A DNA stretch of 64,000 nt, taken from contig CAMTMK010000009.1 in the NCBI GenBank assembly GCA_947073645.1, forward strand, positions 812 through 64,811. Direction: 5' to 3'. Origin of the DNA: an uncultured bacterium (GTDB lineage Bacteria; Cyanobacteriota; Vampirovibrionia; Gastranaerophilales; Gastranaerophilaceae). Position 1 is the first letter of the stretch, and each line of letters begins with the position of its first letter. Shown in pieces: positions 19,791 through 28,887 of the stretch. The notes under the pieces were generated by a model. The model was given only the letters and a program-made list of their open reading frames with translations, had not been told where the DNA came from and did not search any database. The position numbers were made by a program, and so were the translations under genes.

Positions 19791-20366
19791 ATGCACATAA
19801 GAAATTTTACGGATAAAGACATTATACAAGCATCAAAATTAGCTAAATTAACATGGGGTGATTTTTACACCCATGAAAGCGAAAAATTACAAAGTTTAAT
19901 CTACAGTTTTATGGTTGAATACTATGATTTGAACCGTGAATACTCGTTTAGTATTTTAGATGATAAATTAAAAGGCTTTTTGCTTGCTTTCCGTAAAACA
20001 GATTGTTATAAACCAAAAGATTTTGATAAACGAGTAAAGGCTTTAAAAAATAAAGCTGAACAAAAAATTGCATTTGATTTGTTCAATTATTTAGAGGTTT
20101 GCGGGAATGAACTTAAAAATATAATTAATTATGATGATGTTACATTAGGCTTATTTGTAAGTATTCAAAAAGGCTGCGGAAAACAGCTCCTCGCAAAACT
20201 TGTTGAAACTTGCAAAGTAAAAAATATGAAAAATATTTATCTTTGGACAGATACAACATGCGATTATGAATATTACAAGAAAAATGATTTTATCATACTA
20301 AAAGAGATAGAATCGTTTGTAAACGGTAAGCAAATTAAAACTTTAATTTATAAAAGGAGTGTATAA
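19791..20366 (+). CDS. GNAT-family acetyltransferase-like protein
   Basis: LFVSIQKGCGKQLL, IYLWTD, YYKKNDF. Confidence 0.7.
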   Translation: MHIRNFTDKDIIQASKLAKLTWGDFYTHESEKLQSLIYSFMVEYYDLNREYSFSILDDKLKGFLLAFRKTDCYKPKDFDKRVKALKNKAEQKIAFDLFNYLEVCGNELKNIINYDDVTLGLFVSIQKGCGKQLLAKLVETCKVKNMKNIYLWTDTTCDYEYYKKNDFIILKEIESFVNGKQIKTLIYKRSV

Positions 20367-20391
20367 AAAAGACGGGCTAAACCCGTCTTTT
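20367..20391 (+). terminator. Intrinsic terminator after the GNAT gene
   Basis: AAAAGACGGG-CTAAA-CCCGTCTTTT. Confidence 0.7.
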
Positions 20392-20560
20392 AAAAATTTA
20401 CACCTGCCGCGATTGTCTTGCTCGGCGGCATTAAACGGGTCTACCGTTTTCTACTACATAAACTTCGTTTATTTCGTAGAAAAGCTTTCGCCCTCTGCCG
20501 CCTCGCGCTCGAACGCAGACAAAGCTTTGCTTTGTTGCGTTCTCATATCAAATCCAAAAC

Positions 20561-20600
20561 ATATGTAAAAAGACCCAAATATTTGGGTCTTTTTACATAT
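20561..20600. repeat. Perfect 40-bp palindrome
   Basis: ATATGTAAAAAGACCCAAAT|ATTTGGGTCTTTTTACATAT, no loop. Confidence 0.9.
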
Positions 20601-20660
20601 ACCCTCTGGCACTCAAGATTCGAACTTGGGCAATCATGAAAAATGCCGTATGATTTAATG

Positions 20661-20690
20661 TTGACAGAATTTTAAAATATATGTTATAAT
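20661..20690 (+). promoter_or_regulatory. Consensus sigma70 promoter with extended -10
   Basis: TTGACA-18 nt-TATAAT with TG just upstream of the -10. Confidence 0.75.
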
Positions 20691-20713
20691 TGTAGTATAA
20701 AATTGAATAAGAT

Positions 20714-20763
20714 AAAAAAGAGTAAGATAAGGATTATGAAAATCCTGTCTTACTCTTTTTTTT
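20714..20763 (+). terminator. Terminator-like hairpin between the promoter and the MuF-SAA gene
   Basis: AAAAAAGAGTAAGATAAGGATT...AATCCTGTCTTACTCTTTTTTTT. Confidence 0.65.
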
Positions 20764-20788
20764 ACACTAATCATAGAAAGGAAAATAT

Positions 20789-21730
20789 ATGAACTTAAAA
20801 CAAAAAATTACAAATTTAGTAAAAATCAAAAAGTTTGACGACAAATTGTTATCAGAATTAGCAAACATGAAATCAAAACTTATTATTAATACTTCAAATA
20901 TTGATTATGAAATTTATAATAAACTTTCTGATATTGAACATTCATTATACAGATATAACAATTTTGTAAAAAATGACATGCAAAATTATGCAGATAAAGA
21001 AGCTAAAAACCTTATGAATTTATAGGATGAAAATTCAACAGTTTTGGAAGGTGGAATAAGTAATATAAAATACGTCTGGCATACAGAACCGAATGCCTGT
21101 GAAAAATGTCAAGAATTAGATGGAACTGAATATAATATCAAAGAAGATATTCCTGAGAAACCACATCCAAACTGTAAATGCTATATTGAAGAAGTTAAGG
21201 ACGATGATGAAACATGTGATTGTTTAGATAAAGTTCAAAACAGATTTGTTTCAATGTTTGAAAAAGTGAGTACATTACAAGCAGATTTACATGAAATGAT
21301 TAATGAGTTAATTGAAGAAATTAAATCAGATATAGGGCAATCTTATAATAATCTTTGCAAAAATATAATTGATGAAGCCTCAAATTGGGATAATGCTATT
21401 GGTGATTTTGCAAGAAATTATAATGATATGCTTGAAGCTGATTGGAAATATTCAGATAAATATTTTCATGCGAAAGCTAATTGCCAAGCTACACAACGTG
21501 GAGTATTGGGTGAAATTGTTGCAGAAGCAACTAGTGTATTGAGAGAAATTGAAGAAGGTATAAGAAAAGTTATTTTTGAAGGTAATAACTTGACAGAACA
21601 AATTAAAGATGCTAAACAAGATATGAAAGCAAATGAATATGGAAGACAACAAGGAAAGACATATTCTAACGAAGCTTGTGAAATTCTAATAGATGTATTT
21701 CGACCTAATGGACTTCCGGATAAATATTGA
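20789..21730 (+). pseudogene. MuF/head-morphogenesis-like Cys motif fused to a serum-amyloid-A-like C-terminal domain; one in-frame TAG at codon 79
   Basis: ORFs 20789-21025 and 21044-21730 share a frame, separated only by TAG 21023-21025; W...C..C..LDG...HPNCKC; SDKYFHA, ANEYGR, FRPNGLPDKY. Confidence 0.8.
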
Positions 21731-21738
21731 GGATACAT

Positions 21739-21981
21739 ATGAAAATGGTGTGTATATTTCTAATTTTTTTAAGTATTATTGTCTTTTTTACAAAAAGTAT
21801 AGAAGAACCGAAATGGAGTCAAATAGATACTTGTCTTGATCGTGGATATTGCTGGGATTATATTCGTAATCGTTGTGAAGAAACGGATCAAGGGTATTGT
21901 GTAAAAAGTAAATATGATTGTCTGGACAAAAGTGGAAAATGGGATAATGAAAAACAATACTGCAAATTTAATTTTAATTAA
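21739..21981 (+). CDS. Small exported Cys-rich protein, candidate immunity protein
   Basis: GAGGA RBS overlapping the upstream stop; hydrophobic N-terminus; CLDRGYCWD and CLDKSGKWD. Confidence 0.65.
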   Translation: MKMVCIFLIFLSIIVFFTKSIEEPKWSQIDTCLDRGYCWDYIRNRCEETDQGYCVKSKYDCLDKSGKWDNEKQYCKFNFN

Positions 21982-22093
21982 TTTACTTAAAGTTCTGTTT
22001 ATTTTATTGAAATTATTGTTCTGTCTTTTTATAACTTTATTTGTTAGTTATTTTGCTATTCTAATCATTATTAGTAAGTTTGATTTATAAATA

Positions 22094-22300
22094 TTGTTAT
22101 ATGAAATAATTTCTATGTTCACAATAGTTGGTATTTGGATAGTATCTTTTGCAAAAGTAAAAAAAAGAACAGCAATTATTTATGCTTTAATATTTGTTTT
22201 GTGGTTTAGTTGTTTGAATACACTACCGTCAGTAAAAAAACAAATAGATATAGATAATTGTGTAGATATAGGTGATTGTTCAGGAGTTTACGAAAAATAA
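22094..22300 (+). CDS. Small two-TM protein with IDNCVDIGDC motif, candidate orphan immunity
   Basis: Two hydrophobic segments; motif resembles IDTCLDRGYC of the upstream gene; no clear RBS. Confidence 0.5.
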   Translation: MLYEIISMFTIVGIWIVSFAKVKKRTAIIYALIFVLWFSCLNTLPSVKKQIDIDNCVDIGDCSGVYEK

Positions 22301-22331
22301 GAGAGGATAACAAATGTCATCCTCTCTTATT

Positions 22332-22332
<1 letters not shown>
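22295..22332. terminator. Bidirectional terminator at the tRNA 3' end
   Basis: AAATAAGAGAGGAT / ATCCTCTCTTATTT 14-bp arms. Confidence 0.8.
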
Positions 22333-22405
<73 letters not shown>

Positions 22406-22500
22406 AAAACGTATTTAATTTACATCCACTATATTAACATGAAAATTTTTTCTTGCAAGAGGAAATTTTTACTTTATAATTATTACTGAAAGGAGAGGTT

Positions 22501-23252
22501 ATGAAAGATTTTAATCAACTTGTCGGGGGGGGGGCACTCATAGCGTAACTCCTGCATTCACGTTAGCCGAGGTTTTAATTACTATCGGCATTATTGGTGT
22601 CGTTGCTGCAATGACTATGCCTACTCTTATGGCAAGCACTCAGAAAAAAGAATTGCAAACAGCTTTAAAAAAGGCTTATTCGACTTTGAGTCAAGCACTT
22701 ATGATGTATGAAAATGATAATGGCTGGCCTGTTACGTCTAAGTTAGAAGTTGGACAGTTAAAGCCGATTTTGATGAAATATATTAATACTGCAAAAGATT
22801 GTGGAATAGGTACTGAGGGAGATAAAGCCTGTATGCCTAATAAAGCATACGTAAGCAATCCTGATGATTATAAAGATATATATAAAACATTTAATGGTAA
22901 AAATAATATTAATTACGCATTGTTTGATGATGGTCAGTTTGTAATGAATGACAATATGTTCGTAATGATTGAAAATGGTTATCAGTCGAGGTATCCGGAT
23001 GCGACTGTTGCAAGGGTATGGATTTCTGTTGATGTTAATGGTTTTAATAAAAGACCAAATCGCTTTGGACAGGATTTATTTATGTTTCAAATAAATGATA
23101 AGGGTGCACTTTTGCCTATGGGGGCTGAGGGAACTGAATATTACAGTGAAAATGATGCTTATTGCTCTTCTGTATCATCAAGCAGTTTAAATGGTGCAGG
23201 GTGTACTGCAAATGCATTGAATGATGAAGATTTTTGGAAGAGTATGCCGTAA
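22501..23252 (+). CDS. Type IV pilin-like protein; frameshifted at a G10 tract in the leader (putative phase-OFF)
   Basis: AGGAGAGG RBS, ATG 22501 MKDFNQLVGGG then TAA; the frame from 22539 reads HSVTPAFTLAEVLITIGIIGVVAAMTMP and joins ORF 22611-23252; G8 or G11 restores the frame. Confidence 0.88.
22525..22534. repeat. G10 homopolymer
   Basis: Counted directly: gtcGGGGGGGGGGcac. Confidence 0.95.
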
Positions 23253-23306
23253 CAACTATTTTTATTGTATAATTTTCTTATAGAAATTCATAGAAATGAG
23301 GAAATT

Positions 23307-25895
23307 ATGCTAAGCGGAAATGAAATTAGAAAATTATATTTAGATTACTTTAAAGATAAGCATCAACATACTGTTGTTGAAAGTTCAAGCCTTGTGCCTG
23401 ATAACCCTACAGTTTTGTTGACAACTGCAGGTATGTTGCAGTTTTTACCAATATTTTTGGGTATTGTAAAATCTCCTTATGACCCTGCACGTGCAACTTC
23501 TTGCCAAAAATGCGCGAGAGCGGGCGGAAAAGATTCTGATATTGAAAATGTTGGAAGAACTCCGCGCCATCATACTTTCTTTGAGATGTTAGGAAACTTC
23601 TCGTTTGGCGATTATTATAAAAAAGAGATTATTCCTTGGGCGTGGGAATTTGTTACTGAAGTTTTGAAATTGGACAAAGACAGATTATGGATTACAATTT
23701 TTGAAACTGATGATGAAGCCTTTGATATTTGGAGAAGCGTTGGTGTCCCTGCAGAACGTATCAGACGTAAAGGTAAAAAAGATAACTTCTGGGGGCCTCC
23801 TGGAGCTTCAGGTTCTTGCGGTCCTTGTTCTGAAATCCACTATGATTTGGGCGAAGATTTGAAATGTTCTGACGATTGCGGTATTGATACCTGCGAATGT
23901 GACAGATGGGTTGAGATTTGGAACTTGGTATTTACCGAACTTTATCAGGATGAAGAAGGCAACCAATCACCTTTGGAAAGCAAAAACGTTGATACAGGCA
24001 TGGGCTTGGAACGTATTACTATGGTTTGTCAGGGTGTACGTTCAACTTTTGAAACAGACTTGTTAAAACCGATTATGGACAAAGTTTGTGAAATGAGCGG
24101 TGTTCCTTACAAAAAATCTGAAAAAACCGATATCTCTTTGAGAATTATAACAGACCACGCAAGATGTGTTTCTTTCTTGATTTCTGACGGTGTAATCCCT
24201 GGTAATGAGGGCAGAAGCTATGTTTTGAGAATGATTTTGCGTCGCGCTTTGCGCCATGGAAAAATTTTGGGAATGGATTTGCCGTTCTTATATAAACTTG
24301 TAGATGTTGTAGTTGAACATTACGGCGAAGCTTATCCTGATTTGGCTGAGAATAAAGCAAAAATTGTTGATGTTATCAAGAAAGAAGAAGAACGTTTTGC
24401 TAAAACTCTAGATAGAGGTTATAAAATGCTTGACGAATTTATTGATAACAAAAAAGATATTGACGGCGAAAGTGCTTTCAAACTTTATGATACATTTGGC
24501 TTCCCGTATGAATTGACTAAAGAAATTGCGGAAGAAAACGGCTTGAACGTTGACGAAGCAGGTTACAAACAAGCTATGCAGGAACAAAAAGACCGTGCAA
24601 AAGCTGCGACTGCAAAAATTTCTGTTACTGGCGATATTAAATACGCTAAAATTGAAGACGAAGTTGGTTCAACTGAATTTGTCGGATACACTGAAAACGA
24701 ATGTGACGCGAAAATTTTGGCAACCGTTGAAGGCGACGGTTATGTTGATATTATTTTAGATAAGACATCTTTCTACGCAGAATGCGGCGGACAGACAGGT
24801 GACAGCGGTGTAATTGAAAATGATAATTTGAAAGCTGAAGTTTTGACAACTTTCAAAGTTAACAAATTATTCGTTCATCGTTCAAAAGTTATTAATGGTG
24901 AAATTACTATTGGCGAAGTTGTTAAGGCTAAAATTGATGTTGCACGCAGAGAAGAAATCAGACTACATCACTCGTCAGCTCACTTGTTGCAATCAGCTTT
25001 GATTAAGGTTCTTGGTGATGAAGTTCATCAGGCAGGTTCTCAAGTTGAAGAAAACAGAATGCGTTTTGACTTTACATTCTCACGCGCAATGACTCCTGAG
25101 GAAATCTTTAAGGCTGAAGATATTATCAACGGTTGGATTTCGGAAGGTTTAGAAATTACGACTGAAGAAATGGATATTGAACAGGCAAAATTAACAGGTG
25201 CTACTGCATTGTTCGGTGAAAAATACGAAGATGTTGTAAGAGTTGTTTCAATGGGCAATATTTCAAAAGAATTCTGTGCAGGTACTCACGCAAGAAATAC
25301 TCGTGATTTGCGCTTGTTAAAGATTGTTTCAGAAGGTGCAATTGCAGCAGGTACAAGACGTATTGAAGTTGTTGTGTCAAAAGCTGCATTTGAATTGATG
25401 AATGCAAAAGTTAAAGAAATCGATAAATTGTCTTTAATGTTTAAAGTTCAATTTAATGAAGTTAATGAACGTGTTCAAAAGCTTCAAGATGAAAACCGTG
25501 AACTTTCAAAACAGCTTGAAAAATTGCAGGAAGAAAATTCTCGTGCAAAATTTGCGACATTCTTATCAAAAGCTCAAGATATTGAAGGCGGAAAACTCTT
25601 TATCTCAAAAGTTGAAAATATTGACGGAAACGCAATCAAAACAGGTATTGAGTTTATGTCTCAAAAACTGGGTGAGAGCGTTATTGTTCTTGCATCAGAA
25701 AGAACTGTTGCTGTGAAAGTTTCTGACAGTTTTGTGAAAAAAGGTATCAATGCAGGTAAGATTGTAGGTGATATCGCCCGCGCTACGGGTGCAAATGGCG
25801 GCGGTCGTCCAAACTTTGCACAAGGTGGTGTAAAAGATGCCTCAAAACTTGATGAAATTCTTGCAAAAGTTGAAGAAGAAGTTAAAGGAATATAA
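23307..25895 (+). CDS. alaS: Alanine--tRNA ligase
   Basis: LLTTAGMLQF, HHTFFEMLGNFSFGDY, DTGMGLER, HHSSAHLL, EFCAGTH, GGGRP; ATG 23307 after GAGGA. Confidence 0.98.
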   Translation: MLSGNEIRKLYLDYFKDKHQHTVVESSSLVPDNPTVLLTTAGMLQFLPIFLGIVKSPYDPARATSCQKCARAGGKDSDIENVGRTPRHHTFFEMLGNFSFGDYYKKEIIPWAWEFVTEVLKLDKDRLWITIFETDDEAFDIWRSVGVPAERIRRKGKKDNFWGPPGASGSCGPCSEIHYDLGEDLKCSDDCGIDTCECDRWVEIWNLVFTELYQDEEGNQSPLESKNVDTGMGLERITMVCQGVRSTFETDLLKPIMDKVCEMSGVPYKKSEKTDISLRIITDHARCVSFLISDGVIPGNEGRSYVLRMILRRALRHGKILGMDLPFLYKLVDVVVEHYGEAYPDLAENKAKIVDVIKKEEERFAKTLDRGYKMLDEFIDNKKDIDGESAFKLYDTFGFPYELTKEIAEENGLNVDEAGYKQAMQEQKDRAKAATAKISVTGDIKYAKIEDEVGSTEFVGYTENECDAKILATVEGDGYVDIILDKTSFYAECGGQTGDSGVIENDNLKAEVLTTFKVNKLFVHRSKVINGEITIGEVVKAKIDVARREEIRLHHSSAHLLQSALIKVLGDEVHQAGSQVEENRMRFDFTFSRAMTPEEIFKAEDIINGWISEGLEITTEEMDIEQAKLTGATALFGEKYEDVVRVVSMGNISKEFCAGTHARNTRDLRLLKIVSEGAIAAGTRRIEVVVSKAAFELMNAKVKEIDKLSLMFKVQFNEVNERVQKLQDENRELSKQLEKLQEENSRAKFATFLSKAQDIEGGKLFISKVENIDGNAIKTGIEFMSQKLGESVIVLASERTVAVKVSDSFVKKGINAGKIVGDIARATGANGGGRPNFAQGGVKDASKLDEILAKVEEEVKGI

Positions 25896-26333
25896 ATGAC
25901 AATATTAAAAATTGAAAGATTAGAACATAACAAATTCTTGCCTGAATACAAGACTGAAGGTGCTGCGGGTATGGATTTGTGCGCAGCGATTGCTGAACCT
26001 GTTACACTCAAACCGCTTGAAAGAGCATTAATTCCAACAGGTTTGAAGATTGAACTTGAACATGGCTATGAAGCTCAAATCAGACCGCGTTCAGGACTTT
26101 CTATTAAGCATGGTATTACTCTTATTAACTGTGTAGGAACAATTGACGAGGATTATAGGGGTGAGGTTTGCGTACCTGTGGTTAATCTTTCAAATGAAAC
26201 TTATACAATCCAGCCTGATGAAAGAATTGCGCAGATGGTGATTGCACGAGTTGAGCAGGCAGAGATTAAGGTTACGGTTGAACTTACGGAAACTCTGCGC
26301 GGAGCAGGAGGATTTGGTTCAACAGGTAAATAA
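25896..26333 (+). CDS. dut: dUTP diphosphatase
   Basis: [37 protein letters not shown]. Confidence 0.97.
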   Translation: MTILKIERLEHNKFLPEYKTEGAAGMDLCAAIAEPVTLKPLERALIPTGLKIELEHGYEAQIRPRSGLSIKHGITLINCVGTIDEDYRGEVCVPVVNLSNETYTIQPDERIAQMVIARVEQAEIKVTVELTETLRGAGGFGSTGK

Positions 26334-26341
26334 AGAAATAA

Positions 26342-26367
26342 AAAAACCTCTTTAATTAGAGGTTTTT
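26342..26367 (+). terminator. Intrinsic terminator after alaS-dut
   Basis: AAAAACCTCT-TTAATT-AGAGGTTTTT. Confidence 0.75.
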
Positions 26368-26396
26368 AATTTTTTTACACGATAGAAAGAGAGGAA

Positions 26397-26549
26397 TTAT
26401 TTTTGAGGATTAAAGACTGAAATGTCTTTCAAGTCTTTTAACGCAAAATTTGTGTTTATATCCGTTAATGGATTTTGTTTATCATTATTTTGTTTTTGCC
26501 AGTAGTTATCCGGTAATTTCGGATATCCTGATTGAATTTCGTTTCCCAT
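26397..26549 (-). CDS. Possible 50-aa small protein (below the ORF-track cutoff)
   Basis: MGNEIQSGYPKLPDNYWQKQNNDKQNPLTDINTNFALKDLKDISVFNPQK*; no clear RBS. Confidence 0.35.
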   Translation of the reverse strand: MGNEIQSGYPKLPDNYWQKQNNDKQNPLTDINTNFALKDLKDISVFNPQK

Positions 26550-26602
26550 ATTTTATATAACGACCCTTTCTGCCGAAAACTTTAATTTAGTATTAAGTTT
26601 TA

Positions 26603-28819
26603 TTACAAGCGTTTAATTGTTAAGAGCATATCATTAGGTACAAAGTAGTCTTTAACTCCGTAGTTTGCATTTACAAATAAGAATTCTACCGTATCATCGT
26701 GGTCAATATCAATATCGTCAAACGGGATGCTAATGTCTACAAATTTGTCGTATATTGTTTGGATATTTCTTGGAGAAGCAATTGTCCAGAGGTTGTTTGG
26801 AATTGCTTTTACAAGTCTTACCAGATTAATTTCGTTTTCATAGATTGAAACTTGAAGTTCGTTATGGAATTTTTCTTTGCAAATCGGTAATATACTTTCG
26901 GTTTTTTGAATAATTCTAATTGGCGATAGTGATTGTTTTCTGTTCATGTTGCGCATGTAGATGTACATTTGATTAACTTGTTTGGATAAAATATTATCCT
27001 TAATATATTCGTTAATATAGCACCTTATATATAGGTTATCTTTGTCGTAGCCAAAACAGATTTTGTCGTAAAATTTATCCTCTTTGAGAACAGGACCGTC
27101 AGGAATTTTTATACATCCCGCATTAAGCCAGCTTCCGTCATCATGGTCTTTGCCGTCAAGAATAGGTGTAAATTCACCTTTCGGATATCTTGAGGGTTTT
27201 GCAATTGCAGAAAGCAACGGAGTGTCTAAGTATTCAGGAATTTCTATTTCTAAATAGCGGTAAATATTTTTCAAATGTTCTCTAAACAGATAGTCAAAAA
27301 TATTATCACGCCCTGAATCATTCGGTTCGCCATACCACCAGAACCAGTCAGAACCTTCACAGATAAAGAGTTCGCGTCTTGCAATTTCGATATTTGGGTT
27401 TAGCGGGTTCTTTTTAACATATGCTGAAAAATCGTCGCGGACTTGTTTTAAATAAGCCCAGGCAAGATTTTTTAGCGGTTCATCAATCCATAATTTAAAG
27501 TTTCTGTTTACCCAAGAACCTGAACATATTTTATTTAGCGGTTTTTGGTTGTCTTTTTCAAGATAATCACTTATTAAAACTGTTTCTAATGTTTCATCTT
27601 CTTCGATAAGTTTATAGAGTGTATTCAAGAAAATTGCACCGTCTGCAGAATATCTTTCCCAGCAATTTTCGCCATCCATTGCAATCGTTAAAAGATGATT
27701 TTCATCAGGTGAAGATAAAAGTTTACTCTGCGCAACTTTAATTCGGTCATAAAGGTCATTTGCTGCGCCTTCTGGTGTATGATTAGGGTATTCAAAACTA
27801 ATCAGGCTTGGGATTAGAGAATCTCTAAAAATAATTTTTGTATCATTGTAGTCGTAAGTTTTAAACAAATGATACGGTTCTTCCATATGACCTCTGAAAT
27901 CTCTTGCGAATTCAAAGTTTATGGATTTTGATAATATTCCCTCATCAGAAATTGTCCAATTTATGCCCAATTCTTTGAACATATTCATAACTTTCGGGCT
28001 TATGCAGTGTTCTGAAGGCCAGATACCTTTTGGACGTTTGCCAAAAACTTCTTCAATTTTGTTTAATGCATATTCTGTCTGCATTTTTGCATCAAGTTCC
28101 ATTTTTAAGTTTGTTGGAAGTGTGCTTGTTGATGATTTTTTTACGCTGTTAATATCGAGCAGAATAGGCAAAATCGGATGATAATACGGGCTTGTGGTAA
28201 TTTCGATTTTACCTTTTTCAAGACATTTTTTGTAAGCAGGAATAATATGCCTGATGATATCTCTTTGAATATCAATAATTTTAATCCTGTCTTGAATTGT
28301 ATAGTTTTTACCTTTTTTGAATAATTTTTTCAATTCGGGATATTTGTTTTTGTAAATCGGGTCAGACCAAACGAGGTTAAAAAGTGCTGTCAAATCCGCA
28401 TATTCCTGGTCTGTAAAAATGCTGATATCGTTGCCCGAACTTGCTTGATATTTTTGATAAAGTCTGTTGTATTCCGAATTTGGCAAAATCATTGAATGAT
28501 AATTTGCATCAAAAAAGTTATTTATAATAAATTCTTTATCATCGTCAGTTAAATTTTTTGTAATAGTAATCCTTGAATGGATGTCATGCAAACCTTTTTC
28601 GCCATAATCAATTAAAGCATCAAGTAAAACCGGTACAAGATTAAAGTTAAGTTTAAGGTTTTTAAACTTATCAACAATTGTTACCATGTCAAGATAATCT
28701 TTTACAGCATGCAATCTTACCCATGGCATCAAATAGTCACCATGTGGTGTTAATTGATAAACGGGTTGATGCATATGCCAGTAGAATGCAATTGATAATT
28801 TTTTATTCTGACTCATCAT
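26603..28819 (-). CDS. Glycoside hydrolase family 57 (amylopullulanase/alpha-amylase-like)
   Basis: WHMHQP, PWVRLHAVKDY, SPYYHPILP, GIWPSE, MDGENCW, EGSDWFWW. Confidence 0.93.
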   Translation of the reverse strand: MMSQNKKLSIAFYWHMHQPVYQLTPHGDYLMPWVRLHAVKDYLDMVTIVDKFKNLKLNFNLVPVLLDALIDYGEKGLHDIHSRITITKNLTDDDKEFIINNFFDANYHSMILPNSEYNRLYQKYQASSGNDISIFTDQEYADLTALFNLVWSDPIYKNKYPELKKLFKKGKNYTIQDRIKIIDIQRDIIRHIIPAYKKCLEKGKIEITTSPYYHPILPILLDINSVKKSSTSTLPTNLKMELDAKMQTEYALNKIEEVFGKRPKGIWPSEHCISPKVMNMFKELGINWTISDEGILSKSINFEFARDFRGHMEEPYHLFKTYDYNDTKIIFRDSLIPSLISFEYPNHTPEGAANDLYDRIKVAQSKLLSSPDENHLLTIAMDGENCWERYSADGAIFLNTLYKLIEEDETLETVLISDYLEKDNQKPLNKICSGSWVNRNFKLWIDEPLKNLAWAYLKQVRDDFSAYVKKNPLNPNIEIARRELFICEGSDWFWWYGEPNDSGRDNIFDYLFREHLKNIYRYLEIEIPEYLDTPLLSAIAKPSRYPKGEFTPILDGKDHDDGSWLNAGCIKIPDGPVLKEDKFYDKICFGYDKDNLYIRCYINEYIKDNILSKQVNQMYIYMRNMNRKQSLSPIRIIQKTESILPICKEKFHNELQVSIYENEINLVRLVKAIPNNLWTIASPRNIQTIYDKFVDISIPFDDIDIDHDDTVEFLFVNANYGVKDYFVPNDMLLTIKRL

Positions 28820-28887
28820 TATACATTTGATTGTAACAAAAATCTATTGAAATAGCAAAAAATATTTTGACAAGGTTTCATGCGTAT

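Noticed and set aside
20600-20632. Exact attachment-site duplicate of tRNA-Arg(UCU)
   Set aside because: Only TACCC and GATTCGAAC match, with different spacing and stems; kept only as a degenerate element in the findings.
20359-20639. ORFs 20359-20568 and 20418-20639
   Set aside because: They run through terminators and palindromes, lack an RBS and have no protein-like motifs; the region is better explained as structured non-coding DNA.
20703-20792. 29-codon TTG ORF overlapping the hairpin as a leader peptide
   Set aside because: No RBS and no diagnostic codon run; unsupported.
21023-21025. Genome-wide TAG recoding as an explanation for the internal amber codon
   Set aside because: TAG terminates fabG (143-145), ORF 41087-41410 and the tmRNA tag in this same window, so the host reads TAG as stop.
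20789-21730. MuF-like motif as evidence of an intact prophage
   Set aside because: No portal, terminase, capsid or integrase lies nearby; this is only a ~1.6-kb cassette.
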